Assembly (NCBI GenBank): GCA_963718915.1
Contig: CAVRAI010000007.1
Span: forward strand, 300,001 to 332,000
DNA from: an uncultured Chloroflexia bacterium
GTDB lineage: Bacteria; Chloroflexota; Ktedonobacteria; Ktedonobacterales; JADMIN01
Reading direction: 5' to 3'
Length of the DNA: 32,000 nucleotides
Shown piece by piece: positions 8,424-16,700 of the stretch; position 1 is the stretch's first letter; each line of letters begins with the position of its first letter. The notes below the pieces were generated by a model. That model saw nothing but the letters and a program-made list of their open reading frames with translations. It searched no databases and was not told the DNA's origin. Both the position numbers and the translations under genes were made by a program.

Positions 8424-8452
8424 AGTATACGTGGATAGATATCGGGTGTCAA
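8424..8452 (-). promoter_or_regulatory. Candidate sigma70-type promoter (minus strand) for the hydrolase gene
   Basis: On the minus strand: TTGACA (8452-8447), 17-nt spacer, TATACT (8429-8424). Implies a roughly 255-nt 5' leader before the 8159 ATG. Confidence 0.45.
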
Positions 8453-8551
8453 CTTGTGCTACACATAGCTGGCATGCTCGACGAGGAGCCGCGTGTCAGG
8501 ACAGGTCGCAGGGTGTGTATCGGCTGAGTGGGAGGCTGGCAAGCGCGCTTG

Positions 8552-9268
8552 TCAGCAGCCAGTGGTTGTGTAGTTGAGGGTGGGTGGCGACCCAGCCGCC
8601 TGCGAATCGGTGTTGAAACTAATGACTCCCTGTCGGCCGTCGCCATTCGAGTTGTTCTGGAGGCGAATCGCGATGTTGGTTCCGGGCCTGAGCGTGCCAT
8701 GCCTGGGTGAGATCGAGACACCAGCCTGATCCGAATCGACGGAAAGCTCCGCCTGCCAGTCCACGCTGTCCAATCCGCTATTCGCCAGTACCACATACTG
8801 AGACTGCTGGCCTGAGTCACAGCCCAACTGCACGCTGATCGGTGTAACCTGGAGCCAGCCAGCGGTGGTCGTGGCGCTGGGCGAAGGCGATGGCGTGGTG
8901 TTCGCGGCGCTGGTTGCCGATATGCCCGTCCCCGTCGTGGCCCGCGGAGACGGCGCGAGGTAGCCCGCGCGCGCCAGCAGAACGATGGCCAGCAAAGCGG
9001 CGATGAGGGCTACATTGGCCCCGATGCTGACGGCGAGGATGGCGGCGAGCGTCGTGGGACGCGCGGCCCCGGCGGAGTAGCGCTGGCGGCGCGCCTCCAT
9101 CCCCGCATTCATCTCTGGCCAGACGGGCATCTCTTCTGGCGCCCGCCCGGGCACATCATACCCGCGTGAACTCGAAGTGTTCGGTCCATCGTCCTGCACG
9201 CGCTGCTCCTTAGCATCATGAGTCTGCGATGACGTCGCCGCTGTGCGAGGTGCGGATACAGCGGTCAC
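8552..9268 (-). CDS. Single-pass membrane protein with extracellular Ig-like domain (hypothetical)
   Basis: 238 aa from the GTG at 9268. An alternative GTG at 9199 has a perfect AAGGAG 6 nt upstream. TM helix TLAAILAVSIGANVALIAALLAIVLLA, S/T/P linker, then a beta-rich domain (..YVVLANSGLDSVDWQAELSVDS..ISPRHGTLRPGTNIAIRLQNN..) reminiscent of BACON/Ig-like modules. Confidence 0.65.
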   Translation of the reverse strand: MTAVSAPRTAATSSQTHDAKEQRVQDDGPNTSSSRGYDVPGRAPEEMPVWPEMNAGMEARRQRYSAGAARPTTLAAILAVSIGANVALIAALLAIVLLARAGYLAPSPRATTGTGISATSAANTTPSPSPSATTTAGWLQVTPISVQLGCDSGQQSQYVVLANSGLDSVDWQAELSVDSDQAGVSISPRHGTLRPGTNIAIRLQNNSNGDGRQGVISFNTDSQAAGSPPTLNYTTTGC

Positions 9269-9317
9269 CGTAAGGCTTCATGATACCGAACGACGGTGCG
9301 GAATGGCAAATCAGGCG

Positions 9318-10280
9318 CTAATATGGGACAAAGACCCGCAGGTAGTAATTACCGGGGCTTGAGACGCTGACGTCAACCTGGTAGGTGGGATTGCTCCCGG
9401 TCGCCGCGCTGAATCCGCTCGCGGTCGCGTTCGAGATCGAGTAGCCGTCGTTCTGCATCGCCTGCTTCAGAAAGTTGACGATGGTTGCCTGCGTTCCAGC
9501 GCTGCAGAAGTAGGCATAGGTTGAGCCAGCGGTTCCGCCACCCAGGTAGGTGCTGACGCGGGTACCCGGCGGCATCAGGAAGTGGTAGGTTGGCGAGCTG
9601 GAGCTTGCCGTGCTGCCGTCTTCGTAGATGGTGTATTTCGGCGTCCCGGAGTAATACTGCGGATCGTTGAGACAGCCAGGGGCCGCAATCCTGCCCACCT
9701 GCAATCGGAAAGTGGTATAGCCGCCGGTGTGGCTGGCGTACTGATCGAAGCTCACAAAGGTGAAGGGCGCGCCCGACCCGGAGCTATTCACGCAGATGTG
9801 GGCATTGCTGCAATAGTCGAGATAGGCGAAATTCGTGGGATCGGGAAAAAGGTTGTTCAGCTTCCACCCGCCGTGAACAAGATACCCAATCGTCGACGAT
9901 GGCGTGGCCGAGGGGGTAAGCTGGCCGCCATCGATGTTTGCCTCGCTTCCCTGGAAGCAGAGCGTATGGGTGGTGACGGTATACTGGCCCGCACCGCCGC
10001 CGCTGGTGGACGCGGGGCCGATATAGGTTCCGGCGGGCGCTTGAAGTCCAGGCACGCCGCTGACCGATTGGAATGGCGTTGCGCCGGTCAAAATTTGCGT
10101 ACAGGGCGGTTGCGGCGTGGGGGTGACGGTGGGAACGGTTGTCGCCGTGGCCGTGGCTGAGGCCGCTTCATTCGCGGCGGCTGGTAAGGCGCATCCGCAG
10201 ATCGCCAGGGCAATCGCTACGGCAACGATGAGACAACAAGAGAGCAGCCTGCGTGAGTCCCAGGAGTGTGAGAGACGCAT
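9318..10280 (-). CDS. Exported hypothetical protein (possible lipoprotein)
   Basis: The ORF reaches 10361, but the ATG at 10280 has GGAG 6 nt upstream and yields the signal peptide MRLSHSWDSRRLLSCCLIVAVAIALAICGCALPAAA. TP-rich linker. Cys-containing, Gly/Ser/Thr/Tyr-rich mature part with no motif I recognise. Confidence 0.7.
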   Translation of the reverse strand: MRLSHSWDSRRLLSCCLIVAVAIALAICGCALPAAANEAASATATATTVPTVTPTPQPPCTQILTGATPFQSVSGVPGLQAPAGTYIGPASTSGGGAGQYTVTTHTLCFQGSEANIDGGQLTPSATPSSTIGYLVHGGWKLNNLFPDPTNFAYLDYCSNAHICVNSSGSGAPFTFVSFDQYASHTGGYTTFRLQVGRIAAPGCLNDPQYYSGTPKYTIYEDGSTASSSSPTYHFLMPPGTRVSTYLGGGTAGSTYAYFCSAGTQATIVNFLKQAMQNDGYSISNATASGFSAATGSNPTYQVDVSVSSPGNYYLRVFVPY

Positions 10281-10484
10281 ATGAATCTCCTCAAATGCGG
10301 GGCTGGGGCATCGCCAACAATAGCAGGATAGTGACGGCTCTCGGGGGTATTCTCCATTCACTGCCGACGAGTGTACCAGTACGACGCCCGCTCCGCTATG
10401 CCGGGGATCACACTGGCATGATCGCGCGCCTCACTCAGCAGCCAGCCAGCTTGAACGTATGCCAGAATGCATAGAGGTGGAGCG

Positions 10485-11942
10485 CTACCGGATGAACTCC
10501 ATCGTCCCGTCTTCTAACCGGCCAAATCGCAGGCTCAGCAGGTCGAGCGCGTAGTTCTGATAGAGCTTCCAGGGCCGCCGGGAACCCTGGTGGGGGAGTG
10601 TGTCCATTGCGCGCTGGACATAGCCTGAGGTGAAGGTAAGCAGCGGTTCCTCGGTGATAGATGGATCGCGCCTGCGCGGGGTGCAGTGGGTGTAGCCGTG
10701 CCGCGCCATGTGATTTAGCAGGCGGCAGACATAGGCGGAGGTTAGCTCGCACTTCAGCGTCCAGGACGCGTTGGTATAGCCCATGGCGGTGGCGAAGTTC
10801 GGGATGTCGCTATACATCATGCCTTTGTAGCTCATCGTTGTCGAAACGTCAACTGGATTGCCGTCCACGATGAGGCGCGCCCCGCTCATCAGCTTCATGT
10901 TGAGGCCTGTGGCGGTCACGATGATATCCGCGGCAAGCTCTTTGCCTGAGCGCAGTCGGATGCCGGTCTCGGTGAAGGTCTCGATATGGTCGGTGACCAC
11001 CGATACCTTGCCGGACTTCATAGCGGTGAACAGGTCGGCGTCCGGAACCAGGCACAATCGCTGATCCCATGGATTGTAGCGCGGAGAGAAATGCGTCTCG
11101 ATATCGTAGTCGGGACCAAGCTGCTGCCGCGTCATCTTCAGGATCGCCTGCTTCGTCTCAGCGGGTCGCCGCCGGGCAAGGCTGTAGAAATACATCCCGA
11201 ACAGCACCGACTTCCAGCGCGCGGCGCCGGGCGCGACACTGGCGGGCAGATACCGCCGGAACCAGTTGGCCATGGCATCCTCGGAGGGCCGGGCCACGAT
11301 ATATGTCGGCGAGCGCTGGAGCATCGTGACATGCGCCGCCCGCTCCGCCAGCGCTGGAACCAATGTGACGGCGGTTGCGCCACTGCCGATCACCACCACC
11401 CGCTTGCCATCGTAGTCCAGGTCATCTGGCCACTGCTGCGGATGCGCGATGCGGCCAGCGAACCGCTCGACGGCGGGCCAGTCGGGCGTGTAGCCATGCG
11501 TGTAGTCGTAGTAGCCACTGCACATGTAGAGGAAGTTACAGGTGAAGCGGACGATCTCCCCATCCGCTCCTGTCTCCGCCTCGACTGTCCAGGTCGCGTC
11601 GGCTGAGGACCATGCGGCGCACCGCACTTGATGGCCGAAGCGGATCTTCTGGTCAATGCCGTATTCCGCCGCCGTCTCGCGGATGTACTTCAGGATCGAT
11701 GGGCCATCCGCGATGGCTTTCGCCTCGCGCCAGGGGCGAAAACTGTAGCCAAGGGTATGCATGTCGGAGTCGGAGCGGACGCCCGGATAGCGGAACAAAT
11801 CCCAGGTGCCGCCAATCGCGCTCCGGCCTTCGAGGATGGTGTAGGTCTTCTTCGGACAGCGCGTCCGCAGGTAATACGCCGCGGCGATACCGGATATCCC
11901 CGCCCCAACAATCAGGACATCAACGTGTTCGGCGCTGCCCAT
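10485..11942 (-). CDS. Baeyer-Villiger-type flavin monooxygenase (EthA-like FAD/NADPH monooxygenase)
   Basis: FAD motif VLIVGAGISGIAAAYYL. BVMO fingerprint FxGxxxHxxxW present as FAGRIAHPQQWP. NADPH motif VVVIGSGATAV. Two adjacent ATGs; GGAGG lies 5 nt before the second (11942). Starts 24-27 nt after the fabF stop. Confidence 0.85.
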   Translation of the reverse strand: MGSAEHVDVLIVGAGISGIAAAYYLRTRCPKKTYTILEGRSAIGGTWDLFRYPGVRSDSDMHTLGYSFRPWREAKAIADGPSILKYIRETAAEYGIDQKIRFGHQVRCAAWSSADATWTVEAETGADGEIVRFTCNFLYMCSGYYDYTHGYTPDWPAVERFAGRIAHPQQWPDDLDYDGKRVVVIGSGATAVTLVPALAERAAHVTMLQRSPTYIVARPSEDAMANWFRRYLPASVAPGAARWKSVLFGMYFYSLARRRPAETKQAILKMTRQQLGPDYDIETHFSPRYNPWDQRLCLVPDADLFTAMKSGKVSVVTDHIETFTETGIRLRSGKELAADIIVTATGLNMKLMSGARLIVDGNPVDVSTTMSYKGMMYSDIPNFATAMGYTNASWTLKCELTSAYVCRLLNHMARHGYTHCTPRRRDPSITEEPLLTFTSGYVQRAMDTLPHQGSRRPWKLYQNYALDLLSLRFGRLEDGTMEFIR

Positions 11943-11968
11943 CATATCCTCCGGCGGTTGCGATCAGC

Positions 11969-13207
11969 CTATGACTCTACACGGCGGAGAATGACCACCG
12001 CGTTGTGGCCGCCAAAGCCCATGGACTCCGACATGGCGACCTTGATAGGCTTGCGGCGCGCCTCATTGGGCACGTAGTCAAGGTTACATTCTGGGTCGGG
12101 TGTCGTGTAGTTGATTGTCGGCGGGATGACGCCATCGCGGAGCGCCAGCGCCGTGAAGGCTATTTCGATGCCGCCCGCCGCGCCCATCAGGTGTCCCGTC
12201 ATCGATTTCGTGGAGCTGATCGGCAACTGTGGAGCGTACTCGCCAAAAACGTCGTTGAGCGCCGCCGTCTCGTCGCGATCATTGAACTTGGTCGAGGTGC
12301 CGTGCGCGTTCACGTAGTCCATATCTTCAAGTTTGAGGTCGGCCTTCTTCATCGCCCGTCGGATGGCGCGCGCCAGCCCCGCCCCTTTGGGCGCCGGTTC
12401 GGTGATGTGATGAGCGTCGGCGGTGCCAGCGTAGCCGATGATCTCGGCGTAGATATGCGCGCCACGCGCCCTGGCGGATTCCAACTCTTCGAGGATAAGG
12501 ATCCCCGCGCCCTCACCAGAGACAAAGCCATCGCGCGTTGCGTCGAACGGACGGCTGGCGTGTTCCGGATCATCGTTGCGGGTCGAGAGCGCGTGCATGC
12601 TGGCAAAGGCCGCTATCGACATCGGAGTAACGCCCGCCTCGGTCCCGCCCGCGATCATCACGTCCGCGTCGCCGCGCTTGATGACCTCCGCCGCCTCGCC
12701 AATAGCATGGGCGCCCGTAGCGCAGGCCGAGACGGTGGCGTAGTTGTGGCCGCGCGCGCCAAGCAACATAGAGACGTTGGCGCCTGCCAGATCGGCAGGC
12801 ATCATCGTGATGAAGAAGGGATTGAAGCGGTCGGGTGGACGCTCGAAGACCTGGTGAAAGCCCTGTTCCAGTGTCCAGAGGCCACCACTGCCTGAGCCGA
12901 TCACGACGCCAACCTCGTCGGCAATTGGCGCAATGTCCAGTTTAGCGTCAGCCTGGGCCTCCAGCGCCGCCGCCAGCGCGAAATGGGTGAAGCGATCGGT
13001 GCGCCGCACCAGCTTGCGGTCGATCACCGCGAGCGGATCGAAATCCTTGACCTCACCGGCGATCCGCACGTCATGGCGACTCGCATCGAAGCGCGTGATC
13101 GGCCCAACCCCCGATTTCCCCGCGCAGAGCGCAGCCCATGTGCTCGCCGTATCGTTGCCCAGTGGCGTCACCAGCCCGATGCCTGTTATCACGACCCGTC
13201 TCGTCAT
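11969..13207 (-). CDS. fabF: 3-oxoacyl-ACP synthase II (KAS II)
   Basis: The ORF reaches 13483, but the ATG at 13207 (GAGGGG upstream) gives the canonical N-terminus MTRRVVITGIGLVTPLGN. Active-site Cys in ATVSACATGAHAIG; His residues in VNAHGTSTKFND and SMTGHLMGAAGG. Confidence 0.9.
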   Translation of the reverse strand: MTRRVVITGIGLVTPLGNDTASTWAALCAGKSGVGPITRFDASRHDVRIAGEVKDFDPLAVIDRKLVRRTDRFTHFALAAALEAQADAKLDIAPIADEVGVVIGSGSGGLWTLEQGFHQVFERPPDRFNPFFITMMPADLAGANVSMLLGARGHNYATVSACATGAHAIGEAAEVIKRGDADVMIAGGTEAGVTPMSIAAFASMHALSTRNDDPEHASRPFDATRDGFVSGEGAGILILEELESARARGAHIYAEIIGYAGTADAHHITEPAPKGAGLARAIRRAMKKADLKLEDMDYVNAHGTSTKFNDRDETAALNDVFGEYAPQLPISSTKSMTGHLMGAAGGIEIAFTALALRDGVIPPTINYTTPDPECNLDYVPNEARRKPIKVAMSESMGFGGHNAVVILRRVES

Positions 13208-13365
13208 CGTTGAGTTCCCCTCTGCCTCAGCCCCAGAATGGTACGGCGCATGGCCACCTTGTCCGGCTATATGGTACCCCAAGATATCGCTATCAGCTAG
13301 TGTGTGGATGCGACTCTCTTGAGCTACTTGTCCGACCGTTCGTATGATAGCATGGCTCCGCACGA

Positions 13366-14232
13366 TTAACGGGCGGCGAGGAGCAACGTCGCGGCAAACT
13401 CCAGATGCCAGAGGATGAGGATGAGCGTCAGCACGCTCAACGCCGTATGGAGGTAACGCCAAACGCGGATGAGATGCAGACACAGCCGCTCCATGCCCAT
13501 CTCCTGGCGTATCGCCACCGCCTCCGAAGCCAGCGCTCCTTCCACGGCGGGCGACGCACTGTGCGAGCCGCCTCTGTGCTGCTGGTGGAGCAACGCGGGA
13601 ATCTCCTGGGGTGGCGCGCTCAAGTCATAATAGGCCAGATCCCACGGAACACTCGACGCGGCCTGCTGGCTGATAGGACGAGAGCGCTCCCGTCGTCGGT
13701 GGCGTTTCCAGGTGAGGGTGCTGACCAGCGCATCGAGACGCTCTTCGCCATCGGCGGTCAGGGTCTTCAGTGCGGCTCTGGCGGCCAGGCGAGGCGCGAT
13801 CCGGTCAAGCTGCTTGCCAATAATGCCGCTGACGACCAGCGCGATCAGGCTGTAGAGCGCATAAGCGCCTGTTCGCGGGTGGAAGTTGCCTGCCGAATGC
13901 GCGAGGATGAGCGCCAGCGCCAGGATGCCTCCCACGACATGCCAGGCGAGCGCGGTATGTAACAGCCCGAACCGCCCGCGCCATAGGCGCTTGCGCAGCG
14001 CATAGCCCGCGCCGACGAGGATGAGGAGCAACGTGCCAAGGATGGCGAAGATGTAGCCAGACCGGCTATCCGGCGCGACATCGCCTCCGCGCAGATAGGT
14101 CACATAGCCATACACCAGCGCGCCGCCGAGCGCAAGCCCACCCAGCGTGGCCGCCCACTGGCTGCGCGACCATCCGCCCGACCGTTGCCGTCGATGCTGC
14201 TGCGCGCGCCCTGGTGACGCTCCCGCTCTCAT
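13366..14232 (-). CDS. Polytopic membrane protein with two H-x13-H helices (putative di-heme b-type cytochrome subunit)
   Basis: About 5 predicted TM helices. Helix 3 is LLHTALAWHVVGGILALALILAH and the last helix is YLHTALSVLTLILILWH; each contains His-13 residues-His. The ATG at 14232 overlaps the ferredoxin stop as ATGA (an in-frame ATG also exists at 14238). Confidence 0.7.
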   Translation of the reverse strand: MRAGASPGRAQQHRRQRSGGWSRSQWAATLGGLALGGALVYGYVTYLRGGDVAPDSRSGYIFAILGTLLLILVGAGYALRKRLWRGRFGLLHTALAWHVVGGILALALILAHSAGNFHPRTGAYALYSLIALVVSGIIGKQLDRIAPRLAARAALKTLTADGEERLDALVSTLTWKRHRRRERSRPISQQAASSVPWDLAYYDLSAPPQEIPALLHQQHRGGSHSASPAVEGALASEAVAIRQEMGMERLCLHLIRVWRYLHTALSVLTLILILWHLEFAATLLLAAR

Positions 14233-14573
14233 CGCCATGGCGCTGCCCTCCCATCACGTCTTTCGCCTCGCCGACTTCTCGCGCCATCGACACTGCTGTG
14301 CAAGAGGCGCATTTTGAGCCATAGCATCATCGCGTCCCGATGCAGACCGACGGGGCAGACCGGCACACACGCCCCGCACTGATAGCACGCCTGCGCAAAG
14401 CGGGCAACATCCGGCGAGATGCGCTCTCCCAGCGTCTCGTGGTTCAGGGTCTCGATCTGAATTCGCATCGGGAGCGCCGGGCAGGCGGCAAGACATTCGT
14501 TGCAGCGAATGCACGCCGACACTTCCCCCGCTACCTGCGAGCGCGACTGATGCATCAATGCCATCCCTTCCAT
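14229..14573 (-). CDS. 2x[4Fe-4S] ferredoxin-type (Fe-S)-binding protein
   Basis: Two CxxCxxCxxxCP motifs: CIRCNECLAACP and CYQCGACVPVCP. The ORF extends to 14798 and overlaps the upstream gene. I prefer ATG 14573 (MEGMALMHQ..) or ATG 14555 (GGAAGGG 9 nt upstream). Confidence 0.75.
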   Translation of the reverse strand: MEGMALMHQSRSQVAGEVSACIRCNECLAACPALPMRIQIETLNHETLGERISPDVARFAQACYQCGACVPVCPVGLHRDAMMLWLKMRLLHSSVDGARSRRGERRDGRAAPWR

Positions 14574-14622
14574 GCGGACGGAGTCCCGCGGACGATGTTC
14601 TCCCGCTACTGAGGGACGGCGC

Positions 14623-16056
14623 TTATCCGGGCCAGGCGGCAATGGGCATGATCGTCTGATCCATGACTGGCTGGGGGATCGCGGCAGATTCGCCGGTTTC
14701 CAGCGCGTGCAGCCGCCGCTGGGTGAAGAAGGAGCGCACGTCAAAGTCCTCGCTGAGGAGCTTGCGCGTGATCTCTTCGATGTTGATTCGCTCGTCAATC
14801 AGGCGTTTGATGCTCAGGCCTGGGGGTGGATTGGCGCCCACGGCGAGAAATCCGACCAGATGGCCGTGGCGCACGACGAGACGCCGATAGAACGCACCAG
14901 AGCCGTTGGTGAGCACCTCATTTGCTGGATTATCCCGCTCCGAGAGCATCGGCGCGCCCGCGGCAAGCACATTCAGCTTCTCGAACTGGGTCGCGTGCCA
15001 GAAATTGCCTACCGCATCCAGCGCCACACCCTCCGATCCAGATAGCCCGGTGATTGCGGCAGCCGCGAGACGTCCCTGTTGGACGGCGAAGTACCACTGG
15101 CCACGCGCATCGTACTGGCTCGTCTGTGGATCGAGCACAGCCGCCACTGCTCCGGCGGCGTAAATGTCTCGCGCCGTCGTCTGCAGGCGTTCGTTCACAC
15201 GCATGCCGCGACCAGGCTTTGCCTCGATTGGTGTGCGCTGCGCCAGTGTGATGTCTGGCTGTGTCCCGATAGCCGCGATCACCAGCTCGCACGGAATGAA
15301 CGCGTTATCCGTGGTGATGACTCCCGCCACGACGCCCATCCGCCCGACGATTCCGCTCATCTCCGTCTCCAGCCGGATGTCCACGCCCTGCCGACGAACC
15401 TGCCGCAGCAGCAGGTCCGAGGCCGCGGGATCGAGCTGCCGTGGAAGGAGGCCACGCCCGCGGATGAGCCAGGTGACCTTCACGCGCTGATGGCGCAAGA
15501 GCATCGCGGTTTCGGCGGCATGGTAGCCACCGCCGATGACGACCGCCGCCGAGACGGTTGCCAGCCGACGCCGCAGATCGAGGTAGTCGCTCAATGTGTG
15601 CAGCGTTATGACGCCATCGAAATCCCGGCCAGGCAAGTCGTCCGGCAGATGCATTGCCGTGGCTCCGGTGGCGATCAGCAGGCTGCGATACTGGATGGTG
15701 CGCCCGTCGGACAGGCGCACGCGATGGCCCGACGGTTCGATGGCAGCCACCTGTCGGTGGATCATCCCAATACCCAGGTGCTGCTGCGTGCCAGCGGAGT
15801 AGGCCAATAGTTGATCGAGTTCGAGTCGGCCAGCGCCAAACTGCTTGAGGGCTGGCGTGTTGATTGTTGGGTGATTCTGCTCCGAGATCACCAGAATGCG
15901 CGCGTCTGGAGCGTGTTGCCGTGTCTCCATGGCGGCGATGCAGCCCGCGATGCCGTTGCCAATCACGACCAGGTCCGCGCGGTCGGTAGGTGGCGCGCTT
16001 CCCTCGCCATGCGCCGCGCCGCCTGCTCCCTGGTCTGCCGGACGCGCGCGCTCCAC
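14623..16056 (-). CDS. FAD/NAD(P)-dependent oxidoreductase (Pyr_redox_2-type; rubredoxin/ferredoxin reductase or NirB-N-terminal-like)
   Basis: 477 aa, GTG start. Dinucleotide folds DLVVIGNGIAGCIAA and AAVVIGGGYHAAETA; ATG-type motif LLIATGA. No CxxxxC redox disulfide and no Nox-type active Cys (region reads TINTPALKQF). Confidence 0.8.
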   Translation of the reverse strand: MERARPADQGAGGAAHGEGSAPPTDRADLVVIGNGIAGCIAAMETRQHAPDARILVISEQNHPTINTPALKQFGAGRLELDQLLAYSAGTQQHLGIGMIHRQVAAIEPSGHRVRLSDGRTIQYRSLLIATGATAMHLPDDLPGRDFDGVITLHTLSDYLDLRRRLATVSAAVVIGGGYHAAETAMLLRHQRVKVTWLIRGRGLLPRQLDPAASDLLLRQVRRQGVDIRLETEMSGIVGRMGVVAGVITTDNAFIPCELVIAAIGTQPDITLAQRTPIEAKPGRGMRVNERLQTTARDIYAAGAVAAVLDPQTSQYDARGQWYFAVQQGRLAAAAITGLSGSEGVALDAVGNFWHATQFEKLNVLAAGAPMLSERDNPANEVLTNGSGAFYRRLVVRHGHLVGFLAVGANPPPGLSIKRLIDERINIEEITRKLLSEDFDVRSFFTQRRLHALETGESAAIPQPVMDQTIMPIAAWPG

Positions 16057-16148
16057 GGCGGGAATCTTAAAGGTTCCTAGCGCGTCGAACAGCGTGTGCT
16101 TCCCTTGTGAATGTAGCGGCAGCCGCAGACGCTGACTTGGTCGCGAAT

Positions 16149-16220
16149 TCAGTCGCCGCGGCTGGGATGGCTGGGATGGCTGGACGGCTGGGACGGCTGA
16201 GATGAATTGTTAGGCCGCAT
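16149..16220 (-). CDS. Candidate leader mini-ORF (23 aa; 45 aa if the in-frame TTG at 16286 is used)
   Basis: AAGGAGG (16233-16227), 6 nt, then ATG (16220). Translation MRPNNSSQPSQPSSHPSHPSRGD, stop TGA at 16151-16149. An in-frame TTG at 16286 is also preceded by AAGGAGG at 5 nt. The body is encoded by the 9-bp microsatellite. No homology evidence. Confidence 0.3.
   Translation of the reverse strand: MRPNNSSQPSQPSSHPSHPSRGD
16161..16204. repeat. Tandem repeat, 9-bp unit GCTGGGATG x5 (one 8-bp unit)
   Basis: gctgggatg gctgggatg gctggacg gctgggacg gctgagatg. About 105 nt upstream of the oxidoreductase start. Confidence 0.95.
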
Positions 16221-16221
16221 A

Positions 16222-16340
16222 GGCGCCTCCTTCTCTCTCGTTCTTCCTCTCGTTCTTCCTGACGCCTTCTGGCTTCCTTGCCTCAATAGAGCCTCCTTGC
16301 ATCCTGTGTGCTTCCCTGCACTACCAGGCGCCTCCTTGCG
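16222..16340 (-). promoter_or_regulatory. Purine-rich (minus strand) spacer with three perfect AAGGAGG motifs and a 12-bp x2 repeat
   Basis: Plus-strand CCTCCTT at 16227-16233, 16292-16298 and 16331-16337. GGCGCCTCCTT is repeated exactly at 16222-16232 and 16327-16337. CTCGTTCTTCCT x2 at 16237-16260. Confidence 0.5.
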
Positions 16341-16357
16341 CCACGCCGCCCGTTTCG

Positions 16358-16699
16358 CTAGTCCGCCACCCAGGCTAGCGGCAATCCCTGAGGCTGGTCC
16401 TGATAGAAGACGTCGGTAGGCGCGTGTTCCTGGAGATGGCGTTGAATGTGGGCGAGCGAGATGGGCGCTCCCTGCGCGATACGGAACCAGACCATTTTTA
16501 CGTGGCCCGGCACGCGCACCGCGAACCGGTTTCCCGCTTGCATCGCGACGACGATTCCGTGGATGTGGTCCAGGTGCGACGGAGTCTCCGGCTCGAGCGC
16601 CCGCAATCCCTGCAAGGCACAGAGGGTTCCTACGCCTACCAGCGCCAATACCACCACACAGGCCGCGAGCCTTGGGAAACGGACAAGGAGGCCCATCAC
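16358..16699 (-). CDS. Small N-terminally anchored membrane protein (hypothetical)
   Basis: 113 aa. TM helix LAACVVVLALVGVGTLCAL, then a His-rich soluble part (HLDHIHGIVV..HVKMVWF..HIQRHLQEH). GTG/ATG start at 16699/16696, directly after the upstream stop (TAAGGTGATG), suggesting coupling. Confidence 0.6.
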   Translation of the reverse strand: MMGLLVRFPRLAACVVVLALVGVGTLCALQGLRALEPETPSHLDHIHGIVVAMQAGNRFAVRVPGHVKMVWFRIAQGAPISLAHIQRHLQEHAPTDVFYQDQPQGLPLAWVAD

Positions 16700-16700
16700 C

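Noticed and set aside
11969-13483. N-terminal extensions implied by the longest ORFs: fabF to 13483, hydrolase to 8300, 9318-gene to 10361, 16701-gene to 18272, ferredoxin to 14798, PAP2 from 20352, MIPS TTG at 23300.
   Set aside because: The extensions are low-complexity or overlap neighbouring genes. Internal starts have better SD motifs and give canonical N-termini or signal peptides.
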